A stretch of DNA of 64,000 bases from Utricularia gibba (taxonomy: Eukaryota; Plantae; Magnoliophyta): NCBI GenBank assembly GCA_002189035.1, contig NEEC01000007.1:1798001-1862000 (forward strand), in the 5' to 3' direction. Positions 13,101 through 25,834 of the stretch are shown here, piece by piece. The notes under the pieces are model-generated. The model had not been told where the DNA came from. It did not search any database and saw only the letters and a list, made by a program, of their open reading frames with translations. Made by a program: the position numbers and the translations under genes. Positions within the stretch are counted from its first letter, which is position 1. Each line of letters opens with the position of its first letter.

Positions 13101-16100
13101 GCTTTTTTATTCTTTTTTTGTTTTATCGTGTTAGTTCTGATGTAACATGTTATCGTCTTTGTCTCTCAAAATGTAGTCTTGGTTGCGTATTTTGATTTTT
13201 GTGCAAAATTGAAAAATTGTTGCCTACCATTATGATAATTTATGTGCACGCTTACAGTATTTGAAAGAGCAAAGGCTTCCTCCTCAAACATTTATACCAC
13301 TTCTCTCTGTGCGTGTGCGACCTGTTGCAGAGAACTTGCGCAACTTAGGTGGCACTGCAAAGCTTGTTTTTGATGTTATACTGTATCCTTCCATAGCTGA
13401 GATGTTTAATCACAATCAGTTCTTATGCACATGCTGTGCCCCTTCTCCTATCCATCCTCCTTTGAGATTTCTTGAATTTTGTGGAGCAGAATAGGTGTCT
13501 TATACGTGGTTATAAGGTTGGTTAATCCGTAAAATTGTTGAAGCCTACTTTTTTTATAATTATGATTTTTTTATTGATTACTTATAAACTTAGGACAGGT
13601 TAATGAAATGGCTTCAATAAAACAAGTACACCACTGTAATGCCTTAAAGGCTGTACTGTATTATAAACATCTAACTCATACTAGAAATCTCAAAGTCTGA
13701 CCTCAGTTAACCGAGTGCCACAAAGAATCCATCTATGTAGCTGCAAAGATCAAACTTCCTGAACTTCTGTAGATTTGATCGTGTGCTGGAAAATGCTATC
13801 TTGTTTGCTGTCGGGAATACATTAGTTTGTGATGATCTAGAAGAAGCCAAACATCTTAGCTGGAGCGGGCAGAGATTTAAAGGTGCAATATTTTATATCC
13901 TTGTCACCTTGAGCTATCGCTATTCATCTAATTTATGTTTTCTGGATTTACTTTGCAGTGGTCACAACCGATGGGATCTTATTGACCAAGTCAGGTACAA
14001 TGACTGGTGGCACTAGTGGAGGCATGGAGGCACGTTCACACAAATGGACTGACAAAAAAGTTGAAGGTCATCTAATTTAAATCCTTCAACATGCTAGCAG
14101 TGTATGCGCTGTTGTTCAACCTAGTTGATTTTTTTCCTTGGCTCTCAGGACTCAAGGAAAAGAAGGAACAATTGGAGTCTGATATGGAAAAGCTTGGATC
14201 TATAAGGGACTTGCAACTTAAGGAATCTGAAGCATCTGGGAAAATCAGTGGCCTTGAGAAGAAGATTCAGTATGCGGAAATTGAGAAGGTATATATGGAT
14301 AACTAATCTTTCAAGTAATCAGTATAGAAGGCATATATAAATTCATTATGCGGAAATCAGTGGCCAAGGGTTTACTAATGTTGCAAGTTGATTGGAGCTT
14401 TAGTTACATAATATATATATATATATATGCGAATGTGCAATGCAAAAACCGAATGGACAAAATTGCACTGAAAATTACTAACGCTACTTGCAGAAAAACG
14501 GAAACTAATAATCTGGGAGCCATGCTGCTTGATATTCTTGATGCATTATAGATGCTTTATATGCTTAAGGAACATTCGTTTTGCAGAAAAGTATTGAGGA
14601 TAAACTTGAAAAATTGAATGTGGAGAAGCTTGAAGATGAAATTGCTCGTCTCATGCCTGAACTTGAAAAGGTGCTTTTGTCTTTATTTGTTGACACAAAA
14701 GACTTCAATTTGTTTATTATTTTCCCTTTCCCCTCATTCCAGCTTGAGAAAATAATTGATGCAAGGGCAGGGAAGATCCAATCTCTTGGGCAGAGGATTG
14801 ATGAGATTGTTGAGATAATATACAAGAAATTCAGTGACTCTGTTAGGGTTAAAAACATTCGTGAATATGAAGCAATCAATCTCAAGGCCATAGAGCAGAT
14901 GGCTGCGGAAAGAGTAAACTTACATAATCAACAATCAAAGCTCAAATACCAGTATGAAAGTTTGTCACCTTTTTTCTACTATCATTCTTGCACTTATCAT
15001 TCCAAATGAAGTTTTGTAGTATCTGAATGTTTTCCTTGAGGCTGCCTCGTATCTGATGGGAAGTGTTTACGCATATATCATGCATCTATGCCATAGCTAA
15101 TCGTCTGAAGATTTGGATTTTGAAAATTTGCTTACTTGAGAATTTTGTATTGAATTCCCAGCCACTGGAGCTGTGTTTTCCATTTCTTAGAGTTGTTTGC
15201 ATCTTTGCACAATTTTGTCTAGGTTGGAGTATGAGAACAAGCGTGATGCAGTTTCACGTATTGCAAAATTGGAATCAACACTTGGTAGCTTGCGGAGTGC
15301 ATTGCAGGATGCTGAAAAAAAGAAAAGGGAATTAATCTCTGCTATAAAGAATGCGAATTCTGGGGTTGAAGATCTGAAGAATGAAGTAACTGGTGCAATT
15401 ATTACTTCCTCTTTCTACATTCTTTATATGCAATACGCTCCTCATGATCAGCATGCCGTTGGTTGGGGTTAATTACCTGCATTGCCATTTCTTGGAGATA
15501 ATTATGCGCGTTGAGGCAAAAATAACTGTCTGAAAGATTATAATATTAAAAATGATATAACTGCAGCCGGCCACATGATGTCATAATGCTCGGAGTTGGG
15601 AATCTGCATAATAGATATTTCTGCTTCTTCACTGTCGCATAGCTAGTACCATGATCTTTGCCGCTTTTTTTTTGTTCTTAATGTCTTTAGTCATGCTTTT
15701 GTGTCTCCATCATCTCTATATTGCACAAACAAGTTTCACCTTCTTTGTTTCTTAGATTGGAAAACCAAGGCAGATGAATGCGAAAACAACATCCAGGACT
15801 TGAGGAAAAAGATATCGTCTGCTACATCTAATATTACGAAGCACAATCGCCATATTAAGTCGAAGGTTGGTCTCAGAATCTTCTCAAAATGAAATTCGTT
15901 TACCTAGGTCATTCCAAATACGTTTACCTAAATGATTTCAAGAGGTGTTTACCTGTTCTGTTTTTTCTTTTTCAATAATTTTCAGGAGGCATTGATAGAC
16001 CAGCTGACATTGCAGAAACAAGAAATATTAGAGAAATGTGAAGTAGAACAGATACACATCCCTACTATGGGGGATGATGACATGGACACAGGAGAATCAA

Positions 16101-17376
16101 GTGATGACCCAGCTATTGATTTTAGTTATCTGAGTGATTCTTACAAGCAGAAATCAAGGCCATCTGATAGAGACAAGATTGAAAAGGATTTTGCACAACA
16201 GATTTCGTCTTTAATATCAGAAATTGGCAGAACTAATCCAAATATGAAGGCACTTGTTCAGTATGAAGCTGTACTGGAGAAAGAAAGATCTGCAACGGCA
16301 GAATGGGAAGCTGCTAGGGATGAGCAGAGCCAAATAACTGCTGAATACAACAAAGTGAAGCAGCGCAGGTACACCCATGCATTCTGCAGGACAGCTCGTG
16401 TGAATTGTGCATACTTCCTTGACTTGTTGGCTGACAGTCACTTAACCGTTATTTCAGGCAGGATTTATTTATGGAAGCTTTCAACCACGTATCACTTAAT
16501 ATTAACAAAATATACAATGAACTTACGAAGAGCAATATCCACTTGGTTGGTGGGCAGAGCAGCACTCATGCTGTAGGTGGAACAGCCCATTTGAATTTGG
16601 AGAACCCCGACGAGCCTTACTTATATGGGATCAAATACACTGCCATGCCACCATCCAAGAGATACAGGGACATGTCTCAGCTTTCCGGCGGTGAAAAAAC
16701 TGTTGCTGCACTTGCGTTGCTCTTTGCAGTCCACAGGTACATGAAAAAGCTCAATAAGTAAATCAAATTAAAGGATACAAAAACTTGAAACAAGGGAAAA
16801 GTTTCAAGCAAGTTGCTCAAACACCGGTACTCTCTGTTTTTGCTGAGTCGTGCGTGATCTCGAGAGTTATTTTCTGTCTACCTTTCATTTCATCTGTTAG
16901 TTAGATTGAATGGTAGGATGTTATTGGGTTCCACTTTAGCAGGGCATCATTACCTTCGTTTGACTCTGTGGCAACCTCTAATTCTGTCTGCCTCAACTCT
17001 TGGGCGTCACAGTTTCAAGCCTTCCCCTTTTTTTATACTGGATGAAGTGGATGCGGCATTGGATAATCTAAACGTTGCCAAAGTTGCTAGCTTCATCCGA
17101 TCAAAGTCCTGTGGAGGAGGAGTGCCGGGCGAAGAGGATGCAGCCGATCTGGGTCGTGGATTTCAGAGCATTGTGATTTCTCTCAAAGACAACTTCTACG
17201 ACAAGGCGGAAGCTTTGGTTGGTGTTTACCGGGATTCAGACCAAAAGTGAGAAAACCCATCAACCCTCTTTACTTCTGATGCCACCTTTCCCTTCCTCAC
17301 TCACATCTGTTTCTGTTTGTGTCGCAGCTGCTCGAAAACACTCACCTTTGATTTGACGAGGTACCGGGAGGACTGA
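10145..17376 (+). CDS. SMC1: Structural maintenance of chromosomes protein 1 (cohesin subunit)
   Basis: Walker [10 protein letters not shown], hinge [12 protein letters not shown]...[15 protein letters not shown], signature LSGGEKT, Walker [13 protein letters not shown], end [10 protein letters not shown]-stop at 17376. Confidence 0.96.
13383..13772 (+). other. U12-type (minor spliceosome) GT-AG intron in SMC1
   Basis: 5' site GTATCCTT at 13383, branch-point-like TTCCTGAAC at 13756-13764, 3' TAG at 13770-13772; splicing restores [23 protein letters not shown]. Confidence 0.85.
14411..14428. repeat. (AT)9 microsatellite in an SMC1 intron
   Basis: Direct reading of the sequence. Confidence 0.9.
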
Positions 17377-18351
17377 GTGGAAGAAGCGGCTGGAACCCGG
17401 CTTAGGTACCACTACAACATTATGTATCAGTCGTTAACATGCAGTACATATTGTTTGCTCTGAAAACCCTCTCCCTTGGAAGGTAAATTGCATAGTTAAA
17501 GTCTCTGATCAGGATTAAACAGGCATTTTCAGCACCTGTCACATGTTATAATTATGTCATAAGATATTTTCTTAATTTTCCAAATTTTGTGATTTGCAAT
17601 AGAATCATCCTCTATACCATTGCCTTGGAGTGAGACACATAGGAAGCCAGAGGGAGCATGATTTCTAATTATTTTGGAAAAAAAAGGATTGAATAATTAT
17701 TAGGTTTTTACCGTTTCATCCTTTCACTCTGAGGGTTTTGTGAGGTGAAATTTGTAATTTGCATAAAAAATGTCTGTTGTTTTTTTCTTTACAAATCATT
17801 TGTATTTGCTTTAAAAAAATTGAATGAATGTGTAACGTTGGCGCTCCTCTTGTTCTTACACCACGTTGAAGTACTCAGATTTCAACGTCTCCGCAAGCGT
17901 AGGTCTCTGAGCAATGTCCCCCTCCACAAACATTCCGTATCATCCCGATTCTCACGCTCGATTTTCCGAAGCGATTAATCAAAAAAACTCGGATACTCCT
18001 TTCGTCGGGGATTTCCTCCGGTGGCTGTGAAATCATGTGACGGAGGCGCAGCCAATTGTAGGATCATCAGATGTAGCAGGGGTTGCTGGTTTCTTGAAAA
18101 TCTCAGATGGTATTATGTCCTTGGGATGTTTTTCGGATTCATTTGTTCGACATCATGCTACAAACATAAAGATCTGAATAGTTGAAGAAGTGAAAAGATA
18201 CTAAACAGAGAGTTGCCTTTGAATTGAATTTTTTTCGGTTTGTGGTTCGTTCTAAGATGATCTTGTGCAGTTAACGAAGCAATGCTAAAGCTTTGTTCTT
18301 CAACATATGATCTTACCGCGTTGAAGTCAATTCCGAAAGTTAAACAGTAGG

Positions 18352-21300
18352 ATGGTGTATGGAACTAGAAGCTTGCAATACAAAGTTCCAACTTGGTAGT
18401 TGGTAGTGATTGAGTTATGAATGGCAATGTGATAGTTATCAAGTATTCAAATTTTTCATTATTTCCGCTATGTCATTTGCACATTCCTCAAGGCAGCGTT
18501 TTGTTTACGAGTACAGGGCACCCAGTTCAACTTTGTTAAAGGTTCTCACGTTTGGATTGAAGACCCAGAACTAATTTGGATTGACGGGGTGGTTAAAAAG
18601 ATTAGGGGACTGGATGAAGTCAAAGTCCAAACATCTGATGGAAAGAAGGTGGGCTTTCATATGTGATGAAACTTTAGCAAACCCATGTTTGTGCAAATGT
18701 CATGAGATATTTCCTGGTGCTTTGTTGCCTTTCAAATTATTGGTAAACTCCTAAATGAACCTAATTATGTCTTCCATGAATAGCGCAGCACATATAAAGT
18801 TCTTTGATCCTTCTTTTCCCATATGATGGAGCTTTATTTTAAAAAGGACTACATCTTTTTTTTTTTTTTGAGTTGCGCCTCCGCATTCTGTTCTTGGAAA
18901 GCTTGATATTTGTGGAACATACAATTTCTTATTCGGACTTCTTCCATGTAGCTCATTTTTCCTTCGCCTCTGTGTCAATTTTATAGGTCATTGTTAACAT
19001 ATCCAGAATATATCCCAAAGATGAGGAGGTGCCTGCTGATGGAGTTGATGATATGACAAAACTTTCCTACTTGCATGAACCAGGAGTGCTTCATAATTTG
19101 ATAACTAGATACCAGCTGGATATGATATATGTAAGCTAATATGCTTCACAGTCTTTATTGTTATTTTCCATCCTTCTCCCATTGAATTAAGAATATAGAT
19201 TGGTATCATTCTTATTAGTTTTTCTCTTGCTTTATTTTTTTTTTCCAACCATGCTGCAGTATATAAGTCAATCACTCATATTATTACTGTATCATACTCT
19301 GAAATTGTGTCAGACATATACTGGAAGGATACTTATTGCCATCAATCCTTTCAAAAGGATTCCTGACCTGTATGATGCTCAGATGATGGAACTCTACAAG
19401 GGAGCATCTTTAGGAAAATTGAGTCCCCATGTGTTTGCCATTGCAGATGTTGCTTTTCGGTGAGACTGCTGTATACTTCAGTTTCAAGGATTTGTGAATA
19501 AGGTAGCTTCAGTTATTATTTCTGATTCTGGTCTGACGAGCCAGGGCAATGATTCATGATGGAAAAAGCAACTCAATATTAGTTAGTGGAGAAAGTGGTG
19601 CTGGCAAGACCGAAACAACAAAGATGCTTATGCAATACCTTGCCTTTTTAGGTGGCTACAAAGGAGTTGAAGGCAGAACAGTTGAACAGCAAGTGCTTGA
19701 GGTAAGATGTCCACTAAATTCCCTCTTGGTTAACTGTATCTCACTCACAAAAATTTATTGGCCTCATTTCTACGAAAATGACTATGACTATTCTGCCATT
19801 TTCTGTATTTTTTGTGTTTTTTTCTGGAAAAATATTGTTGATGCTATTGGAATAGTATCATTTATGGCATTCTCACAGATTGAAAAAGTGGTTCAAGCAG
19901 GCATTAATCTAATTTCTTTGAAGAAACTTTCTAATATTGAAGTTTTAACATGAAAACTGAAATTCTTATAGTCAAATCCAGTTACTGAAGTATGTGTTTG
20001 TCGTTATTTTTATTTTTGTGAGCTTACTGAGTGGCTTTCCCTAGTCAAATCCAGTTCTTGAAGCATTCGGAAATGCAAAGACCGTCAGAAATAACAATTC
20101 AAGGTAAGATTCCTCCTTTTTTACTCTTTGTGTGTGCATGGGTAAAGGAGGTTGGCAATGTGCTACTTAGGAGATATGACACTTTTTGGTGACTTTTCAT
20201 ATTTAAAAGTGACTTGGGGCCTAGGAGAACCCAAATGTCAAACATGATTGAGGTGGTCGAAAAATGGTCAAGGAAAAAGTGAAATGGTGAGAAATATACT
20301 GTAAGCTGATATTGTCAATCTTGAGGAAAATGTTGACAAGATAAATAGTCTCATTGTGTGCGGGGCAGTACAAGGGGGTCATGAACAAAATGGATTTCAT
20401 TAGCATTTGGAGCCTGAATAACTAAATAAAATTATTCACTTCATGCAGCCGATTTGGAAAATTTGTTGAAATCCAGTTTGACAGTCATGGAAGAATATCA
20501 GGGGCAGCTATTCGAACGTATCTCTTGGAAAGATCTCGAGTGTGCCAAATTTCAGATCCTGAACGAAATTATCATTGTTTTTACCTTCTTTGTGCAGCAC
20601 CTCAAGAGGTAGGCTTGCTTGAAGAATCCATCTTCATGCTCATCATACCTTCTATAAATATGTAACATGCTCCTTTTCCATCAGGATATTGAGAAGTATA
20701 GGCTTGGAAATCCAAAGACGTTTCACTACCTTAATCAGTCTAACTGTTATGAACTGGTTGGTGTGAGTGATGCTCATGATTATTTGGCAACTCGAAAGGC
20801 CATGGATATTGTTGGAATAAGCCAAAATGAGCAGGTATAGTCACTACATCGTAATTTCTACCATCTGGGTAACATTGAGTTTGATAACGTGACTAGGGAT
20901 CTTCTGATTCTCCAGGATTGTATTTTCAGAATAGTTGCGGCTATTCTACATCTGGGTAACATTGAGTTTGATAAGAGTGATGAAAGCGATTCTTCAGCTC
21001 TCAAGAATGATGAGTCCAAATCCCATCTTCAGATTGCCTCGGATCTTCTTATGTATACAAGATTGTTTGTGCTGTTTGTAATCCAGTGTTCTCATTTGAA
21101 GTTGTTCTTTAAGCTGAACATGTTTACCAATATTTAGGTGTGACTCTAATGCACTGGAAAATGCCCTGTTGAAGCGTGTTATGGTTACTCCAGAAGAAGT
21201 TATAAAAAGAAGTCTTGATCCAGATGGTTCAATAGTGAGCAGAGATGGGCTTGCTAAGACCTTATATTCCCGATTATTCGACTGGTAATGGATGTTTTTG

Positions 21301-24300
21301 TGTGTGATTTATAATTTATTTATCCACAATATGTGTTGCAATTTTCTCCATTCTAAATAAGTCACAATATGGTTGCAAAACCGGCAGGTTGGTGGACAAA
21401 ATAAATATCTCAATAGGGCAAGATTTAAATTCAAAATCTGTGATTGGAGTTCTTGATATATATGGGTTTGAAAGTTTTAAAACCAACAGGTAAGCAAGCA
21501 GTCAACAAAGGCATTGCTTAAATATATCATGCCCTCTACACTCTAGAGCTAAATCATTTTTTATTATCCAGCTTTGAACAGTTCTGCATTAATTATACCA
21601 ATGAGAAACTGCAGCAACATTTCAATCAGGTTCTTCTGATCTTAAAAGTTTTAAACTGTAGCAGTAATTATCTTCCTACAATTTTAGACATTATTTATTT
21701 TCTCAGTACATTTTCAAGATGGAGCAAGAGGAATACGTGAAAGAAGAGATTGACTGGAGTTATGTTGAATTTGTCGATAATCAAGATGTCTTGGATCTCA
21801 TTGAGAAGGTCCAGCTCGCTATGTTGCATGACAGTGAATTCCCATCCATCCAGTGAATACCTTTTTTTAACAATACTGGTCTCTCTGCTTTGAGAAGTTT
21901 TACTTTAAACAGGCACATTCCATGAAAGACCAGTTTTTTATATCTCAACTTTTAGCTTTTATTTCATTGAGATTTTTGTGGGTTGATGACTTTTTTTTTT
22001 CTATCTTGATGTAGTTTATGCCAGCACATAAAATGCTTCCTAATGTTTGTATTCTCAAACTTTAGCTTTTACCCCAAGAAAGGCTGGATTCTACATTTTA
22101 ATTACCCATGAAGACTATGGTTTCTGTGATGCTATTGCCATGGCCTTATTTTTTATTTTTTATTTTTTATTTTTCAGAAACCTGGAGGGATTATTGCTCT
22201 TCTAGATGAGGCCTGGTGAGCCGTAGTTTGTAATGTTTGATGATAGTTTGTCTTTGCTTCTGTAACTTGCTGGCTAGCTCTGTTTCTCCTGTTATAGTAT
22301 GTTTCCAAAGTCAACGCATGAAACATTTTGTGAAAAGCTTTATCAGTCATTCAAGTCTCACGGACGTTTCACAAAACCAAAATTGTCACGCAAAGACTTT
22401 ACCATTTCTCATTATGCTGGGGAGGTAAGCAACTCTTGCTCATCCGTTTAAGGTTTTTAATTCTTGTAACACACTTGTATTTCCTTGCAGGTTCAGTATC
22501 AATCAGATCAGTTTTTGGATAAGAACAAAGATTATGTAGTCCCTGAATATCAAGATCTGTTGACGTATTCTAATTGCCCATTTGTGGCAGCACTTTTCCC
22601 TCCTGTTCAAGATGAAATTCTCAAGGCATCAAACAAGTCATCTAAGTTTTCGTCAATAGGCTCTCGTTTTAAGGTCCTTTTAATTGTTTAAACTTTCCAA
22701 CCAAAAAATTCCAACAATAATCTGAACAGTGAATGATTCTTTATAAGGATACTGAACCTATTGACACCATTCTCTGATGCAGCAACAACTCCAACAATTG
22801 ATGGATACCTTGAATTCAACAGATCCTCACTACATTAGATGTGTGAAACCTAATAATCTTCTTCAGCCTGCTATTTTTGAGAGCTCTAATGTCTTGAATC
22901 AACTCCGCTGTAGTGTGAGTGCAATTTGATCTTCACCTGGTATGCTATTATTTTTTCAAGATTTTTATACACAAAGCTGAACTGTTTTATCTGTTTCCAT
23001 CGACAGGGTGTTTTGGAAGCAATTAGAATTAGTTGTTCCGGTTATCCTAATCATAAGACATTTGATGAATTTCTACATCGATTTGGTATTCTAGCTCCTG
23101 AGGTCATGAAAGAGAAGTTAGCTACTGTACTTCATTATTGTTGTTTTTTTTTTTTCCTTTGGAAAAGTTTGATATGGTAAAACATCTTCTTCTGCTTTAA
23201 TGTGTGTAGTAATGATTGGAAGGTTGCTTGTGAAAAAATAGTGGCAAAGCTGGGTGTATCTGGGGCACAGGTAAAGTCAGTTCTAGTTTTTTTCTCTTTA
23301 TTTTTACTGCAGCCACCTAGCATTCTGATGCTGAAGTTTTGTATTATATATACACTCTAGAGAACACTGGGTTTCCTGTTTCTTGTGACCCTTAATATTT
23401 TCTTTCTTGTATCTTGATAAAAATTTCGAGGTTTTTTTTTTTTTAGTGTTTGTGGAAATATTGATCATTTGCATTGTAATTTCAGATTGGAAAAACTAAG
23501 ATCTTCCTTAGGGCTGGTCAGATAGCTGATTTAGATGCTCGGAGATCAATAATACTTGGTGATGCATCAAATAAAATACAGAGAAGGTTTAAAACATACA
23601 TTGCTCAGAAACATTATGTTGCAGTGGTCAATGCTGCAGTTACTGTGCAATGTGTATGCAGAGGTAATTTTGTGTTCTTAGTATTTAATTACGTGTTCTT
23701 AATAGAATAAAATCTTTTTTGTTTTCATGCCTATTTGAATGATAACCTAGGCTCATACAAACTTCATCTAGAGTTTGGTTTCATTGGCTTGGCTTCCAGG
23801 AATACTTTCTTGCAAGACCTTGAAAAGGTTAAAATGGGACTCAGCCTCTCTTAAAATCCAAAGTAACTTGCGAGGGCACATTTTTAGGAGGAGCTATGGA
23901 AGAGTTAGATACTCAGTCATTGTATTGCAAACTGGCATAAGAGCAATGGCTGCCAAGGAAAAATTTAGGAGCAGGAAGCGAATGAAGAAAGCAACGTATA
24001 TACAGGTTCGTAATTTTTTCATCTATTATTGGTTTATCATGTAAACATTTAGGCTAATGAAAAAAGGGAGCCCTTTTAGGCTCATTGGCGGCGCCATAGA
24101 GATTTCTCACGCTACAGAAAACTCACAGAGGCATCGACGTGGATTCAATGTGGATGGAGAAGATTGGCTGCAAGCAGAATGCTTAAAGATTTGAGAGTTG
24201 TAAGGATTGGAGAGCTGAGATGTTTCTTGCTTCATGAATTCATCGTTCTACAAGAAAATATGATCTTAAACTCTTCAATAATGCATATCTAAAATACCTG

Positions 24301-25549
24301 CAGGCAGCAAGAGATGCGGGTACACTTCAAGAGATAAACTTGAAGCTCCGAAAGCGTATTGAGGAGTTGATTCTCGATTTACAGCTGGAAAGACGGCTGA
24401 GGGTTAATCACTGCCTTGTTCTTGTTTTTTTTTTTTTTTTCCTTCTATACTAAAATGAAGTGTGGAAGGTTGTGATTCACTTATGTAACTCAGAATGAAT
24501 CACGGAGTGATGATGGTTCCATTATTTTTTATAAGTATAATATTTTTCTTATTAAGAGCGATCCATTTCCAGGCTGAAATGGAAGTGGCCAAGGACCTGG
24601 AATTAAGTAAGCTGCAGAACTCCGTGGCAGCTTTGCATAGGAAAGTACATGGAACAGGGAGTGATTCCTTTGAAGAATGTGCAACTCATCCTGGAGCAAG
24701 TGAACACTCACTTACCATAGAAACACCGGATCGAGTCGAAGACTTGGAGAAGATGAGAAGTTTGACATCAGAAGTAGGAAGTATGAAGGTACTGCTCCCC
24801 CTTGTCATGTTATTCTTGTTAACGAACCCCCTAAACAATTTGTCTTCGTAGATATTATTGCAATCTGCAAAACAACGTGCTGATGATCTAGAGAAGATGT
24901 ACTTCGAAGTACTTGAATCCGAAGATAGAAAGCGTCAGAAGTTAGAGGAAACTGAAATAAGAGTTCATCAGCTTCAAGAATCTCTGAATAGGTACCCACA
25001 AGTCTTGTAAACTATCATTGTACTTGTATCTTCTATAACCCAGTTCGTTTTCATCATGGTATGGAATATTGTCATATGTTTGTAGACGTATATACACTAT
25101 GTGCTGTTTAGTTAATAATAAATACGATCTAGTGTGCCTCAGGATGATGTACAGCATGTCAGGCCAATTTTCGGAGCTAAAAATGTTATTATGCACAACC
25201 TCAACCAAGATGGGTTCAGCTTCGGGACGTGATCCTAAGGATGTGGATGATGATATTTATGCGTCATCTGATTCATCTACAGATTCTGATTTCACTTTTC
25301 CAGCCCCAACCTCAATCCCTGAAAATTTCTCCACTTTCAGTTCGGGTGCCTTCCAGCTCATTGTACAGGATCTCTCAACACATGAAAATTCCGGTGAGTC
25401 AAACACTCCATTGCTCCCTCATTGAATGCATACGATTCTTGGGCTATGTTGTATGAAGATAATGCTACGATGCTTTTTTTGATGATGCCTTGCTGTGTGC
25501 AGGGAGGGGAGAACGCGATAGGGAAGGGGCATTTGATGACTATTTCTGA
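18352..25549 (+). CDS. Class XI myosin, short-tailed XI-J type: SH3-like N-terminus, motor, about 6 IQ motifs, short coiled coil, no DIL domain
   Basis: P-loop GESGAGKT, switch I NNNSSRFGK, switch II DIYGFE; ends ...SDSDFTFP...[15 protein letters not shown]-stop at 25549. Exon 2 starts at 18517; the lone-ATG first exon could be at 18352 or 18107. Confidence 0.92.
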
Positions 25550-25834
25550 TGGAATTTTCATGCTCTTGTTTGCACAAAATCTTGTACATAAAATCTCTAG
25601 TACTAGCCTACCAACAGAGCCTGCTAGTCTTCAAAATCAAAATGAGAATAGGCTCCCGGAATATTGGATACAAGGGATTGCATTGTGGTTGTATGAATAC
25701 ATCTTCATCTCTTTTCATTGAACAAATAAATTAATGAAGTCAACAGGACGACAAACCACATTGCAGCCAAGGCATGGGGACCAGGAACATGTTTATCTTA
25801 ATATTTCATTCAACTACATTGCCGCATGCATCAA

